A stretch of DNA of 63,952 bases, the filler included, from Phoronis australis (taxonomy: Eukaryota; Animalia; Phoronida): NCBI GenBank assembly GCA_002633005.1. It is 9 parts of 9 records of this genome, joined end to end, with 100 filler letters (N's around TTAATTAATTAA, not from the genome) between each part and the next. Parts side by side here need not be neighbours in the genome. Positions count along the whole stretch, not along the records: positions 58,528 to 63,952 come from NMRA01002341.1; 8 more parts are not named here. One strand, given 5' to 3'. Positions 62,768-63,952 of this stretch are shown here, in pieces. The notes below the pieces were generated by a model. It searched no databases and had not been told where the DNA came from. It was given only the letters and a program-made list of their open reading frames with translations. Made by a program: the position numbers and the translations under genes. Within the stretch, counting starts at the first letter, position 1. The number at the start of each line of letters is the position of its first letter.

Positions 62768-63272
62768 CAGGGCTTGGAATGACCAATGACAAAAAACGCG
62801 GAAACTTTGAAACTTTTACGGCCCAAATAACCAGCCTTGAAATGGTCAATGTGAACCTTTCCCCGACAAAAATCGGGAGGACTAAAAAAAAGAAGAAGAA
62901 AACGTTACCACCATCAGTAGCATGCGTCTTCGTCCTTTTAGCTCGCCCGTCCACTCCCAAGCAACACATTTTTGGCTGCAGAGCCGTAGTATTTGTCGCC
63001 GCGCTTAACAATAACATGAGACGCCATTGAAAATCCCACCACGCTGTCCCAGATGCCCCGGCAATGTTGACAATTTACGTTCCTCCGAAACATAAAGAGC
63101 AACTTCCGCTTTTCGAGGTGAACGTCGTCTGCAATGCCACGGTAAGAAAGACATTTGCCGCGGAAATTTTATATCAAATCCGATTTTTTTACGCGGAAAT
63201 ATTATTAAAAAAGCGGAAAGCACATTTGAAAAAAGCGGAAATCCGCGTTTCCGCGGAAAATTCCAAGCCCTG
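62768..63272. mobile_element. ~500-bp hAT-like MITE with 6-bp TSD, copy 2
   Basis: taagac|cagggcttggaa...ttccaagccctg|taagac. Confidence 0.92.
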
Positions 63273-63446
63273 TAAGACTGAGTAACAGGCAAAATGTCCA
63301 GTCCCGCACCCTAATAAAACCTTTACACCTAGCAATTTTCGACACCTCTGTGATGCCTTTTAAGTTGTGGCAACCAAATTGATACTGTACTACAGCTCAA
63401 GGTATGCTTAAAGCTTCTGTTGCTGAAAAGAAATGCAAGACCTAAC

Positions 63447-63534
63447 CTTCTCTGACGTTGCTAACTGTGTTAATCTGTGGAAATTGTTGGCAGTCTCTGC
63501 GATTATGCTGTTGGTCTTTTGTTGGATGGTGTGT
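63447..63534 (-). CDS. Endosomal syntaxin (STX7/STX12/TSNARE1-like) Habc exon (HTIQQKTNSIIAETANNFHRLTQLATSEK)
   Basis: Strong acceptor tttttctttgttgcag, donor AAG/gttagg, 88 bp, phase 2-0, in frame with 61037-61111; resembles the Hb helix H..QQ.TN..I..T. Confidence 0.78.
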
Positions 63535-63952
63535 CTGCAACAAAGAAAAAGCCCAATCTCATGAGCCATCATTTACAGAGCTCAGTTCAATAACTAACTT
63601 CAAATGCAGTGCAAGACAAAACTATTCAGACAAATGAGCCAAAATTCCCAGTCATGACAGCTGGGTGAAACGGTCACAATAATCTAAATTCATGACAGAC
63701 TTAGTACAAGTGAAAATTCAAAGCCAAAACCCAATGAAATTAAAATGTGAGAACTGAAGAGCAAGTTTCAATTACCCCATTCCGTGCCAACAAAACAGAG
63801 AGCCATCTGGCTGGGCAGTCTCAACAGTGAACAGCCACACATAGTTTTATGACATAATGAAGTGTCATAACGGATTACATAAGTGACCAAGCAGCCCAAG
63901 CAACTGGTGGAGGAGTGAATTCAAAGGACTATTGTGGTTGCATTATCAAACT

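Noticed and set aside
58087-63534. Syntaxin-PTP fusion gene (same strand, compatible phase)
   Set aside because: Separated by an artificial spacer, and the PTP KNRY/DYINA D1 exons and the syntaxin SNARE exons are both missing; best explained by contig joining.

Overview
Eukaryotic, AT-rich animal genomic DNA with spliceosomal introns. The gene and repeat content suggests a marine invertebrate (inference). Eight identical 100-bp spacers (44 N + TTAATTAATTAA + 44 N) split the window into nine segments that carry fragments of unrelated genes, so it is probably a concatenation of short contigs and not one locus. Genes supported by splice sites and open phases, all on the minus strand: six 3' exons of GTPBP4/NOG1 (26640-33259), a large SPATA2-like PUB-domain exon (40320-41267), ten exons of a tandem-domain receptor-type protein tyrosine phosphatase (45214-58123), and two exons of an endosomal syntaxin (STX7/12/TSNARE1-like, 61037-63534). 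The rest is dense in mobile DNA: hAT-like MITEs with 5-bp and 6-bp target-site duplications (TSDs), Kolobok-like THAP elements with long inverted termini, Harbinger- and Tc2-like MITEs, Helentron-like arrays, a nested solo LTR, LINE remnants, a tRNA-derived SINE, minisatellites and an old ~4-kb tandem duplication. The two most interesting observations are (1) a Kolobok-like foldback family whose ~315-bp inverted repeats each carry an ETS-CRE motif and the THAP start region, and (2) one copy of it that supplies an in-frame ATG and splice donor to the SPATA2-like exon. Family assignments are from recognition of motifs; no database searches were run.
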